NCBI GenBank assembly: GCA_013265495.1
Contig: MU061560.1
Span: 992,001 to 1,056,000, forward strand
Length of the DNA: 64,000 nt
Source: Vicugna vicugna
Lineage: Eukaryota
Direction: 5' to 3'
Shown here: positions 14,057 through 25,962 of the stretch, piece after piece
Layout of the letters: the number at the start of each line of letters is the position of its first letter
How positions within the stretch are numbered: the stretch's first letter is position 1
Notes under the pieces: model-generated
What the model was told of the DNA's origin: nothing
What the model saw: only the letters and a program-made list of their open reading frames with translations
Database searches by the model: none
Made by a program: the position numbers and the translations under genes

Positions 14057-14200
14057 AGACAGCCTCTTATGAAAGTTTGACTTCATGTTGCCTTCCCCTT
14101 GGGGCTGAGAGAAATGTCATCCTGTATAGAGTTTGAAATTTCTTTCTGGGCTGTGGTTCACTTTTTACCACCCTGTCAGGTAGTTTGTGCAATGTGATTG

Positions 14201-14836
14201 TGATGCAGGAAAACAGAAGAGGGGCGTGAGGAAGGCCATGTCCCAGGTCTCAGCTGAGTCCCTGGAACGTGCCCCACCAAGTGTGGGTCCTTGGCTTCAC
14301 ACAGGAAAGAATTCAAGTGCGAGGCAGTTGAGTAAAGGTAGATTTATTTAGAGATACACACTGCATAGAGTGTCAGGCAAGAGAAAGGCAAGGAAAGAAG
14401 TGTGGGAGGTGGGTGTTCGGGTTAAAGTAAAGTAGGTACACACTCCATAGACAGAGCGCGGGCCGTCTCCAAAGAGGAGGGAGCGAAAAAGTGCAGCCAG
14501 GCGTGGTGTTGCCAGTTTTTATGGCCTCAGTAACTTCACAAGCCTACATGTGGGGCCATTCCAGCTGCCCGGGGAAGGGGCTGGGATTCCTAGGAACTTG
14601 GCCACGGCCCATTCTGACCTTTTGTGGTTAGCCCTGGGACTGTCCTGGCGCCTGTGGGCATGGTATTGATCACACTAATATATTACAATGAGCATATAAT
14701 GAAGCTCAAGGTCTACTAGAAGTCAAACCTCCCGCCATCTTAATCCCCAAGCAACTGGGGGTTGAATCTTCCACGATTTTGGTGTTAAATTGCTGTCATT
14801 CCTTGAGTGGCTCTGCCCTGCCCCCTTGCAGTCTCA
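14201..14836 (-). mobile_element. Solo ERV1-class LTR with 4-bp TSD
   Basis: ATTG|TGATGC...GTCTCA|ATTG: TG..CA termini with a perfect 4-bp TSD; minus-strand poly(A) signal near 14345. Confidence 0.9.
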
Positions 14837-15259
14837 ATTGTACTGCAAAGAATAAAAGATTTAAGCAGTAAAGGGCATGGCCTGTCATCAACAACCTATC
14901 TCCTGGGAGCGGAGGTAGGAGCGGTTTGCTGCTGAAGGGTTAGGAGTAGGGGTTCCAGTGGGTGGACAGTAGTGGTGAGCGATGGGCATGGCAGGGCGGA
15001 AGCATTACGGAGAAGTGCGGGATACAGTGCTTGGTTTCACAATATGTGGTAGAGAAAGCTGCAGCTGAAGGGCGTGCTGGCCAAGTGTGAAGGAGATGCT
15101 TGGACCGGGTAAGGATATCCAGTAATATGTTTAATAAACCCCTATTAACAGATAGCCAATTGATTTGTTTTTTTATGATGTTGTAATGAACTTCCTTATA
15201 CACACACACACACACACATACATACATACATATTTAAAGACATTTTAATGACTCCTTAG

Positions 15260-15715
15260 GTTAATGAAAAATTAATTAGTAGATCTAAGAAAGAAATAAA
15301 AATTTTTAATTGAGCCAAATTTGAGGATTATAATTCGAGAACAGCATCTCAGAAACCTCCAAGAACTCTTCTCTTCATTAGAGGTCAAAATGCAGTTAGA
15401 TAAGATTTCTGAGACAGAGGACTGTACATTAAATTGCGTAATATTGACAGGTTACACAATCTGGATCCAGGCGCCACTGTGGCCCCTTCCAAGGGTAAGA
15501 AGCATGATATCTTTTAAGAAGTTGTCTTGTTGGTGCTCAGAGAGTATTGCCCTTTATGGTTGAACAGGCATTTCTGCCAGTGGGGGATGCTTGGCCAGCT
15601 TATAATGCAGATACACAATGCACAGTGGAGGGGACAGAAGCAACCAACAGGCCGAGAATTTTTTTTAGGTTTAAATGTTTCTTGTCTTGCCATAAGATGT
15701 GAGTTTTATTTCACA
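15260..15715 (-). mobile_element. ERV LTR
   Basis: Reverse complement starts TGTGAAATAAAACTCA; related to 9855-10149. Confidence 0.6.
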
Positions 15716-16027
15716 CTTAGGAAAATTTTCTGGGAACAAAACAATTGGATCCTACAGTATATACACTTTATACTTACATCCATTGCAAACTGTCTTCAAG
15801 AAAGGAAGTATCAAGTTACATTCTCACCAAAAGTGTATAAGAATATCCAATTTACTTTTATTTTATCTTCATCAACCCTTGGCATCATCTTTCCTTCGTT
15901 TTTTTTTTATTTCTTTAGGAAAAATCTTATACTGTTTTAACTCTGTATTTAAAAATTATTTCTGAGGTTGTTCGTATATTTATGTGTATTGCCATTTATA
16001 CCTGTTCTATGATTTACCCACTTGTAT

Positions 16028-17130
16028 TGTGAAAGGAAAATCAAAATGGAGTCGGTATGGCTAAGAGACACTCTCTAAAATGGAACCAGAAGGCCACTGA
16101 GACAGTGTGACTTATACACAGCTCAGATGGACACTGACTTTTTGACCACTTATTGTCTTAACACAAACATCCAGAACATGTGCCCAGGGTTTCAGAAATT
16201 AAAAATACTAATCAGACCCTCACCCTATAGTAACTCATGATAGGCTATTATCGAGGAAAATTTCCCTCTACCCTTCTAGGTTCTTCTGGCTGGTTTAAGA
16301 ATTACCTTGACATGAGACAGATTAAAAGGAGACAGTCAAACAAATATTTAATTATATACATATTAATTATATATATTATAAAATTTTATTAAAACTATAT
16401 ATATATAAAATTGTACACATATAAAATTTTATATAGAGAAATTATATAATTATATATAATTTTTATTAAAAAATTAATATACATAAAATTTATATATAAT
16501 AAAATATTTGTTATCTAAATATAGGAGAGACCCAGAAAAACTAAGAAACTCACCAAGATGCCTGACAACTTCACCTTAAATGCTATCCTTCACTAAAGAC
16601 AAAAGAGAATGTTGAGGTTGGAGACAGTCAGTGATGGGAGATGCCCAGGAAAAGCAGAGTCAACAAGGGTAAATGACTTAAGTCGTTGCCTTCTCCATTG
16701 ATAAGAGTTTCCAGAGTTTTTGTTCATCCTCATCTTCCTGGTACAGTGAGGGAGATACTCCTACAAATGGAGATTTCCCTTATAAATTGAAATGTTTCTT
16801 ACAAAAGGGTAACTCCTAATCGTTTTCAGAGTTTCTCTCATGTCTGCTGTTTCTTAGAAATTAGCCGGCTTAAAATAATTAACATGCCAGAAGGTATATT
16901 TTGGAGTGGCAGATTCTTCTCCCCTACAGGACCTCCTCCAAAATAATTTATGACAGCCTGTCCCTTAAGGATAAATATTTCCTTTCTTGCATCAGAATAC
17001 AGTCTCAATGTTTTTGCCTTTTATAACTCTTTGATTCCTTCCTGAAACATTCTTTTGGTTTTACTCAAATCTATGTTTCCTGAATTGTAATTCTTAAGAC
17101 CCCCAAATAATTTTTTTCTTATTTGCAACC
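16028..17130. mobile_element. Nested LTRs: a plus-strand LTR interrupted by a minus-strand LTR (about 16250-16928) with an AT-rich insert
   Basis: TGTGAAAGGAAAATCAAAATGGAGTC start; inner element ends CTCCCCTACA (reverse complement TGTAGGGGAG); outer LTR-like sequence resumes after 16928. Confidence 0.6.
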
Positions 17131-17561
17131 TTTTTTTAAAATCAAAATCTATTGTTTCACTTTTGTATTGAGATCTTTTTTATGTATATAATAATTTACA
17201 AGAGCTTTTAAAAATATTAAGGATCTTGTTTTCACATCTGTAAGTTATGATACATTTTCCCAGTTAAAAAAATATTTTAACTTTGTTTATGGTGTAGACA
17301 TTTCAGATCTTAGTAGTCAGGTCTTTGTGCATACTCCCTGAGTTTGTACCATCTTTAGAAAGGTTTTCTTCACTTAAGAATTATAAGAACAGTATTATAA
17401 AACATTCTGTGTTTTCTTCCAGGATTTTATTTCACCCTTACACTGTTCAAATTATAACCTACACATAAAAAAATTATACAATGAATGTTGATGTCCAGAT
17501 CTATTTTACAAAAAGATAATATTGGACTTTGAAATAATTGTTTCTTCATTAAATAATTTAC

Positions 17562-18001
17562 TGTAAGTTTGTAAAACAAAGAACTTTGCTCACCATCCAA
17601 TTGTACAAGAATTAAGTCATTAGCCACTGCAGTCACTGACCTACAACACACCCTGGAAGGAATTCAGGGCTAAGATCAAAATGAGGCACTCTGTGCTCTG
17701 AGAAAACAGGAAAAACAGTTCTCTAGAGAGTTCAAAATACTTCAGGAGAAATGTTTTAAGAATCTGGATTCTTGCATCTTCCCTTACTTAGAAAAGCACT
17801 GAGATCATTAACTGAAGTATCTGTTCCTCCAGACTGCCAGTAACCTTCTACTGAAGTGTGTACTTGACTGCACAGATCGCTTCATCAAAATCACATACAG
17901 TGGCCTCTCCTTCTATCTTTTTGGAGTAGTTTTTCAGAGCTATTTGAGTGGCTGTCTCTGGACTATGGTCCTCAGGAAGTCCTCACAGAGAGCTGAAACT
18001 C
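17562..18001 (+). mobile_element. ERV LTR truncated or interrupted by the L1 derivative
   Basis: Motifs GTCATTAGCCACTGCAG...GGAATTCAGGG and GAGTGGCTGTCTCTGGACTATGGTCCTCAG, typical of cetartiodactyl ERV LTRs. Confidence 0.6.
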
Positions 18002-18238
18002 AAGAACAGGCCACGATGGCGGAGTAGAGAGACTCACAGCTCATCCTCTCCTACAAATCCACCAAGAATTACATCTGCAGACCCACTGAATCACACAGAA
18101 CACCTACCAAACTCTGGCAAAGTGTTTCTCACTTCAACATACAGGAGGATTGTCACAAAATCTGGTAAGAGAAAAAAAGAAAAAAAAAAAGAAAATCCAC
18201 GTGGGATGGGTCTTGTGGAGAGGCAGCAGCAAAGAAGG

Positions 18239-18797
18239 AAGGCGAAGAAAGGCACTCTTATGCTGGGATGTCCCTGCCCAGCCAGGAGGTTAGCAGGGAC
18301 AAGTGGAGATGCCGAGGCTCAGAGGAGAAAGTGGCAGCTGATGGCAGACAGAACTAATAGCAATTGGCACAGAGGGTCCCTGCAACCCCCAGCCTTAGAT
18401 GCGAGCCAGGAAGGACAAGGCAGGACTGGCTGCCAGAGATCTGTGATGAGCCTGAGGAGAGAGGTGGGGGCCAATGAACAGAGGCAGCCTGAGGGAACAG
18501 GAGGGCAGTGTGAGCTCTGAAAAGGTGAAGAAAGGCACTCTCATGCTGGGATGTCCCTGCCCAGCCGGGAGGTTAGCAGGGACAAGTGGAGATGCCGAGG
18601 CTCAGAGGAGAAAGTGGCAGCTGATGGCAGACAGAACTAATAGCAACTGGCACAGAGGGTCCCTGCAACCCCCAGCCTTAGATGCGAGCCAGGAAGGACA
18701 AGCCAGGACTGGCTGCCAGACATCTGTGATGAGCCTAGGGAGAGAGGTGAAATGAACAGAGGCAGCCTCAGGGAACAGGAGGGCAGTGTGAGCTCTG
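18239..18797 (+). repeat. Tandem duplication, about 283-bp unit, two copies
   Basis: 18239-18519 and 18522-18797 are near-identical; the ORF track repeats 'KKGTLMLGCPCPA.RLAGTSGDAEAQRRKWQ...'. Confidence 0.95.
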
Positions 18798-19334
18798 GCT
18801 GGGGGTGTGTGCAGAACAGAGCAGCCTGAGAACCCCCATAAACAAGCTCCCCTGCTGGTGTCCTTGTGGGGGAGAGGCACGATGCAGCCAGGCCATAGCT
18901 GCTGTCCCTGCTTGGCTCCACTGTTGGTGTGTTCTCACGAGATGGATGGTGGGTCTAGGTCACAGCCATCACTGCTGTGCAGAGGCAGGGCTGAAAGCTG
19001 AATCCGTACCCGGAGGCTCATAAAGCTTAATAAGAAAAAACCAAAAAACCCAATCCAAAAGTGGGCAGAAGACCTAAACAAGCAATTCTCCAATGGAGAC
19101 ATACAAATGGCCAAAAAGGCACATGAAAAAAATGCTCAGTATCACTTATTATCAGAGAAATGCTAACCAAAAGCACAATGAGTTATCACCTCACACCAGC
19201 TAGAAGGGCCATCATTCAAAAGTCTACAAACAATAAATGCTGGAGAGGCTGTGGAGAAAAGGGAACCCTCCTACAGTGCTGGTGGGAATGTAGTTTGGTG
19301 CAGCTGTAAAGAAAAGCAGTACAGAGATTCCTTA

Positions 19335-19802
19335 AAAGACTAAAAATAGACTTACCATATGATCTAGCAAACCCATTCCTGGGCATATATCCAGAGGAAA
19401 CCTTAATTCAAAAAGGTACACACAGCACTATTTACAACAGCCAAGGCATGGAAACATCCTAAATGTCCATCGACAGATCACTGGATAAAGAAATTGTTGT
19501 ATATTTATACAATGGAATACTACTCAGCCATAAAGATTAATAAAATAATGCCATTTGCAACAGCATGGAAAGACTAAAAATAGACTTCCCATATGATCTA
19601 GCAAACCCATTCCTGGGCATATATCCAGAGGAAACCTTAATTCAAAAAGGTACACACAGCACTATTTACAACAGCCAAGGCATGGAAACATCCTAAATGT
19701 CCATCGACAGATCACTGGATAAAGAAATTGTTGTATATTTATACAATGGAATACTACTCAGCCATAAAGATTAATAAAATAATGCCATTTGCAACAGCAT
19801 GG
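19335..19802 (+). repeat. Tandem duplication, 234-bp unit, two copies
   Basis: 19335-19568 and 19569-19802 are identical apart from CTTACC vs CTTCCC, as far as I can see. Confidence 0.95.
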
Positions 19803-20804
19803 ATGGCCCTGGAGAATGTCATTCTAAGTAAGCCAGACTGAGAAAGAATATGATATCACTTATATGTGGAATCTAAAAAATAAAAGTGACAAACAAACTT
19901 ATTTACAAAACAGAAACAGACTCACAGACACAGAAAACAAATTATGGTTATCAGGGGAGGAAGGGGGTGGGAAGGGATAAATTGGGAGTTTGAGATTTGC
20001 AGATATTAACTAGTATATATAAAATAGATGAACAACAAGTTCATACTGTACAGCACAGGGAACTATATTCATTATCTTCTAGTAACTTATGGTGAAAAAG
20101 ATTGTGAAAATGAGTATATGTCTGTGCACGTGTGACTGAAGCACTGTGCTGTGCACCAGAAACTGACACAGCACTGTAAACTGACTTTACTTCAAAAAAG
20201 TTACATATACAGAAAAACTCCCAAAACTCACAGCTCTTATCAAGACTGAGACACAATTATATTAGAATTTTGTCATTTATTCTAGCACCTCATGAAAATT
20301 GAAAACAAACCAGAAGTTATGAGAGGCACAGTAAACACAAACAATATTGATATATGTCTCAGAAAGAAGTTCTGCTTAGGTTTTCAAAGAAAAATCATTC
20401 TTGCTTTTAAAAGAGAATCTGCTACAAATGAAATTTGATTTCTATGGAGAAAATGTCTTAATCTAAGTGAAGTATCTTAGGGAAAGACAGGTTTGTCCTT
20501 ATATTTTTTACATTACCATTCAAAGCTTTTGTGATGCATTTTAAGAGACATTGAACAGCCTCATCTATGTCTACACATCAAGGTAAGGACATATAAAGCA
20601 TGGGGTTGCCACCTGTGTGCAGATGTATTTCTCTCCTTGATTAAGAAGTCCAGTAATGTCAATACAATTTCATTAAAACACAATTTTTAAGGCTTTTTCT
20701 GAAAGGTGTAACATTGTGATACCTTTAGAGTTTTAATGAATAGTCATGTGTTTTTACAATACAGTTATACATGTGAGAGCCATTTATTTTGCAGATCTTT
20801 TTGA

Positions 20805-21032
20805 TTTATTATAATATATATAATATAATATATAATATATGCAATATAATGCAATTATGTATTATATATTATATCATATATTATACAATAATATGGATAA
20901 TATTATATATTATTATACATTATCTATATATCTATTATATTATAATACATATAATACATAATATAATTATTATATTTTATGTATCTATATTATATTATAT
21001 ATTGTAATAATATAATATATAAAATATATATG
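20805..21032. repeat. AT-rich low-complexity tract
   Basis: Almost entirely A/T, degenerate TATAA repeats. Confidence 0.9.
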
Positions 21033-21749
21033 TCAATTTTGACTCTGTTTTGGTGTTCACTTCCCAAGTAATCCTACTGACACCTTCATTAAACATTTTC
21101 TGTAGCAAGGAGCTGTGCCGAATCTATCAGAATACAACTCCTAATGTCAACAAATTTATAATTTTTCAGAGAGAATAAGAAATTTAAAAAATAAACATTA
21201 TAGAACTAAGGGAGAACTGTGAGGAATAAATAATATAATCATAAAATATAGTAATATGTCACATGTAGCAGCGCTTACAATTTTGATATTTTATCATAGA
21301 TTTTCAAGGTAAATATTATTCATCTTGATGACCAAGCTTTTTGGCATCCCCTTACATTTTGTACCCAAGGCATTGCTTTACTCCCCTCATTCCAGTCCTG
21401 GCCCTGGGGAGTACTTAAAAACGTTAGCTGTAATTATTTTAGGAAGAGGAAGCCAAATACATAGCTTCTGAAATCTGAAAATAATTCCATATATTTCTCC
21501 TTGTAGGGGCATTCAGACTCCGTGTGTGGTCAGAACAGCGGTCCGACTCCTCACAAGGTCATGCATGATCTAGTCGTGGTCCATCTCACTACCTCAGTTC
21601 CTCTTTTGGCTTGTGATGCTCAGATTATCTTGGCTTCTTCCAGTTTCATAATGCAAAGCCTTCATTCTGATTCAAAGCACTTGTATGTACTTTCTACTCT
21701 TTTTCTCCTCATCTTTAGCTCTCAGCTAAAATGTCACATTCTGTGCTTT

Positions 21750-22540
21750 TGTGACTTATAACAAGAAAAATATGTATTTGGTCCTCTCCTTCCTAGCACA
21801 GAGCTACTAAAATCCTTGGGAACTTCCTAGTTGATAAAAGTCATAAAGATATCTCGATATTCATAACTAACCCCTGCCAACGACACCTGAGTTCATGTTA
21901 GTGAAGTGACTTTTGGAAAGCACCGGATACTAGAGGGCTGGTTGCTGGGGAAATGAACTATGTGCTTAGAGGACCTGAAATTTCAGCCCACCACTACCCC
22001 CCATCCCACCTCTGGGGAGAGGAGTGGGGCTGGAAGTCGAATTGATTGCAAATGGCCAATCATTTAATCAGTCATGCCTGTGTAATGAAGCCTCCGTAAA
22101 AACCCAGAAAGACAAGGTTTGGAAAGCTTCCAGACTGCTGAAAGTGTGGAAATGCTGGGGTAGTGGTTCTCCAAGAGAGGGCCTGGAAGCTTTGTGCCTT
22201 CATCCCACACACCTGGCCCTCCGTATCTCTTCCTTCTGGGTGTTTGTATCATATTCTTTCATAATAAACTGGTGAACAGTAAGCAAACTGTGTTCCTGTG
22301 TTCTGTGAGTTGTTCTAGCAAATAATCCAACTGAGGTGGAGATTCAGGGGGACCTCCAACTTACAGCCTGGACTTGTGACTGGCATTGGAAGTCGGCAGC
22401 AGGGTAGTCTTGTGGGATTTACCCCTTAACCTGTGGGATCTGACGCTGTCTCCTGAGGGATAATGTTAGAAATGAGTTGACTTGTAGGATACCCGGCTGA
22501 TGTTGGAGAATGGCTTAGTGGTGTGGGAAAAAACACACCG
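21750..22540 (+). mobile_element. MER21-like LTR
   Basis: GGCCAATCATTTAATCAGTCATGCCTGTGTAATGAAGCCTCC, AATAAACTGG and TTAACCTGTGGGATCTGACGCT motifs. Confidence 0.75.
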
Positions 22541-24230
22541 TGGTACTGTGCTGTGCTCAGTACAAAACAGAATTCAACAAACATTCAATTTTTAAAAACG
22601 TCCAGCTAGATAATTCTATATGCTTTTTCTCTGTATTATGAGCTCTACTTTTAGACTTAGTTGAGAAAGTTAAACTATGCCTCAGATATTCATTTCTCTT
22701 CCTTTTATGAACTTTAAATAAATACATCATGGGTGGATGCTGTCCAAAAGATATGAATTCTACAGCATCCACAACTTCCAATATAATGCTTCTATATATT
22801 TGCCACAGCAATTTTCTCATAAATTTGTCAAAAAGGAAGAAGTCTAACAATATGAAGGTATACAACTCTAAAACCTGTCACACATCACAATTTCAAGGCA
22901 ACTCTTCTAGAAAAATGGGAGAAATATTAAATAGCAAAATTTCAGAGTGGAAAATGAGATAAGAAAATTACATGCTACTAAACAATGTTATTAACCATCA
23001 GACAGTTTTACTAGCTGACTTTTAAACACCTTTAAAAAGTTGAACTAACTCAATTCTAGTAGAGTGTGGGCAAGGTTTATGGGAGAGTTGAAGCAAGAAA
23101 AGACAAGCAAGTAAAAATATTTGAATACACGCAAACATTGAATACAGAATGAACTTAGAATCATAGAATTTTTCTTAGTGAAGGAAGCAAAACATTGAAG
23201 AAAACCCAGCCTTTCTGTGAAAAAGTGATTCCGCCCTACCTTCACCCCCTTCAATCATCGCCACGATTTGCACTGAGGGAAAGAAAAAAAATTCTTGCTA
23301 TATAATTTTATATGTCAGAAATAACAAAGATAATTATGGTTAAATAAAAAACAGAAAGAAAATCTAGCGGCTTGAGCTCTGTGTTATATTTTACACTGGC
23401 TTTATTAGAAAAAGATATGAAATGCTTGAATGTGTGGGCGGAAAGAAAAACATGTTTGTACATTCAGGGAAAGACTCACAAATAATGTTTTCTACTCACA
23501 AAAGAAACAAAATGCGTGTTCACTTTATAATATTTAGCAAAAAAAAGAAACATAGTACGCTGAGAGATGACTACTTTTTAACATTTAGTATATTTCCTTT
23601 CATTGTTTGTTTTCTACAAGTCTGTTCTACTTAGCTGAACTCATGCTGTTTCAGTTCTGCTTGGGACCAAGTTGGGATGTTGGTGGGGGTTCTGTCGTGG
23701 GGGGTGTGACAGTTTATGAGAATGCCCCACAGGCCACATGACATGTCTCAGAGGACACTTAGTCTTAAGTCAGACCATGGAGAGCCTTGAATGTCACATT
23801 TTTGGGGTATATTATGAGATATTCCTTAAATTGAGAAAACTTGAGCCTCTATTCTGTTCTGTCTCTGCACTCTTCATGCTGGCTTGGGGGCCATCCCCTT
23901 AAGCCACCTGTGCAATGCTGGTTCACAAAGCCACGAAGATAGAAGACTTGTGATATTTCTGGGCTGCAAATCCTATTGTGAAATGGCTTATTCACTCACC
24001 GTGGCACACCCGACCCAAAGACAGCCAAAGAGACTTGCCAGGGCAGAACCTTTTTTCCTTACTCACCCCCCAAACGTTGTCAACTTTGCACTTTCTTCCT
24101 AAATTAAGTACAGTCTGTGCAGGTATAATGGTACTGTTGTTTGCTTACTGTGGACAACAACCTGACCCAAAACTGCCCAAATTTTCAGCTAATGGTGATG
24201 CTCTAGCAAACTTCTTGCATAGGTGTCATT

Positions 24231-24463
24231 TTAAGGCCCTGCCTCTATGATCTGGCTACCAAATAAATAATCTAGTGACCGAATAAATAGTTCTATGTAC
24301 AGCGGAGAGAATAAATCATTCAAGAAATCAGAATTTGAAAAGGTCATCGTCATAGCTCTGTTTTCATTTTGAAAACCTCGAAGAGAAAATTCCAATTGGT
24401 CATAATGACGAAGCAATATAGCACGGATCAGGTCCTGAGCAGTTTTCACTTCTGATCTCAAAG
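24231..24463 (-). pseudogene. TRANK1-like exon remnant (open frame)
   Basis: Acceptor TTTTTTTTACATACAG; 76 open codons 'LRSEVKTAQDLIRAILLRHYDQLEFSLRGFQNENRAMTMTFSNSDFL...' vs recalled TRANK1 'PKDVTRAIQDFRFHLSYLAKVLCGYENVNFNVLLDAFSEIDYV'. Confidence 0.65.
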
Positions 24464-25768
24464 CTGTATGTAAAAAAAATGCATCTTTAATACAATCTAT
24501 ACTTTTATTTGAGATGTTTATAGCTTAAGCATTTCCTATGCTTCTCAAGTCAAGAGTCAAAGGTTATGTTTCAGTCTATTATATTTGCATTGCTTTTTCT
24601 TTTTTTAAGGAAAAATCTCCAAGCTCTGTTCTGGCAAACTTCATCACTCTGCAGAAAAGACTGACCATGCCCATATAAACACTTAAGTGAGCAGTAGGAA
24701 GAAATTCTGCATTGAAGTGGGTAGGTAGGGCAGAATGCATTTAATTCATCCACTGAAGTTAATACTATTTACTGAATGATATTTTTCCACTATCTGAGGG
24801 TACCCAGTATATAATTATTACTGATATTTTAAGAACTTAAGACTTTAAACCTCCACCCACTTTTGTTCATAATGAAGTCTGAGTTTCATTCTTAAGCTGC
24901 ACCCTAGGGTAAATGTATATAAGAGTGGCTCTTAATTTGTTTTTCTCTGATACAGATACGTTCCTTCAGGTTTTGTTTTGATATGGTCAAATTGGCAACC
25001 AGCAGATCAATGCAAGAAATTTATTGCTTGCACTTTGCTCATGGCAGGGAGTCTTAATTGCTGTAAAACTTCTCCCTTGGGTTTCTTTGGAGTCATTTTG
25101 CTATGAAATGGCTTTGGTTTGATCCGAGGAATGATTTTAGTGCCAGAAAGTGTTAATTGCAGAGAGCTGTAAGACTTTCACAGGTGTTGGAACCACAGGA
25201 TAAGAACAGAGCTGACATTTAATAGCAATTTTCATGAATGTTAATTTTATTCATCCATCCTTTGGGGGAGCCATTCATTATTTCATTTTTCAATCTTGGC
25301 AAATGGAGGCAAGTTATGCTCAAGAGACAGATAAAACCATCCAGAATCCTAAATCTAATTGAGAAACTACTTTCAAATCCATATTTTACATTAAACTTAA
25401 TTGTCAACACTTATCAATGGAAGAATTATGTTGCAAAGTTAGTTTTAATCATTGCAGGATGAATCTATAAGAGGTGAGAAATTTTTCTTTTTTGCCTTCT
25501 ATGGATACATCACATAGTTTAGGTTTAATTTTTAAAAAACTGATTATCTTATTTTTAGGCACTCAAAATGACAACATTTCAGAGATATTTTATTCCATTT
25601 AAGGGGAAGCATCGACCTGTTACATGGCCACAACTTGGGGTCTGCAGAGTGATTAGTGGTTTGAGGGGCAGCTTGTGGCAACATAGAAGAGCGAAGGATC
25701 TGAGAGCACTGAAAGGCTGCTGAAGACTCAACAGGTCAAAACTTCTACGCTGTGAAAGAAAATGTCAC

Positions 25769-25962
25769 CTGCAGCAGGCGAAATGGCAATCATATCTTTT
25801 GATTTTGGTTTGCATCCAATTTCCTGATCATTTCATGATGTTTGCACTTTTTCCACTAATTTTTAAATCGTTTGTAGAATATTTAGAATATTTGTAAAAC
25901 ATTTGAATGGTGTGAAGAAAACAATGAATCAAATAACATTGCATGTTACAGCCTTCATATAA
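25769..25962 (-). pseudogene. TRANK1-like exon remnant (frameshifted)
   Basis: Acceptor CTTTCTCTTTTTAAAG, donor CAG|GTGACA; 'LYEGCNMQCYLIHCFLHTIQMFYKY' vs recalled 'HLCFIRLLENCIDQFYVY'; all three frames contain stops. Confidence 0.55.

Larger units (their letters stand above)
18002..20200 (+). mobile_element. Internally deleted L1: 5' UTR fused to ORF2 C-terminus/3' UTR
   Basis: GATGGCGGAGTAG L1 5' start and GC-rich UTR to about 19020, then an abrupt switch to L1 3' sequence (AAACCCAATCCAAAAGTGGGCAGAAGACC) ending in ACTTCAAAAAAG. Confidence 0.85.

Noticed and set aside
17948..18520. 190-aa plus-strand ORF
   Set aside because: GC-rich L1 5' UTR plus tandem duplication; GTG start and no recognisable domain.
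18239..19802. Direct repeats as a possible CRISPR-like array
   Set aside because: Only two-copy duplications of 230-280 bp with no spacers, in mammalian L1 sequence.
20789..21007. I/Y/N-rich 72-aa ORF
   Set aside because: Translation of AT low-complexity sequence.
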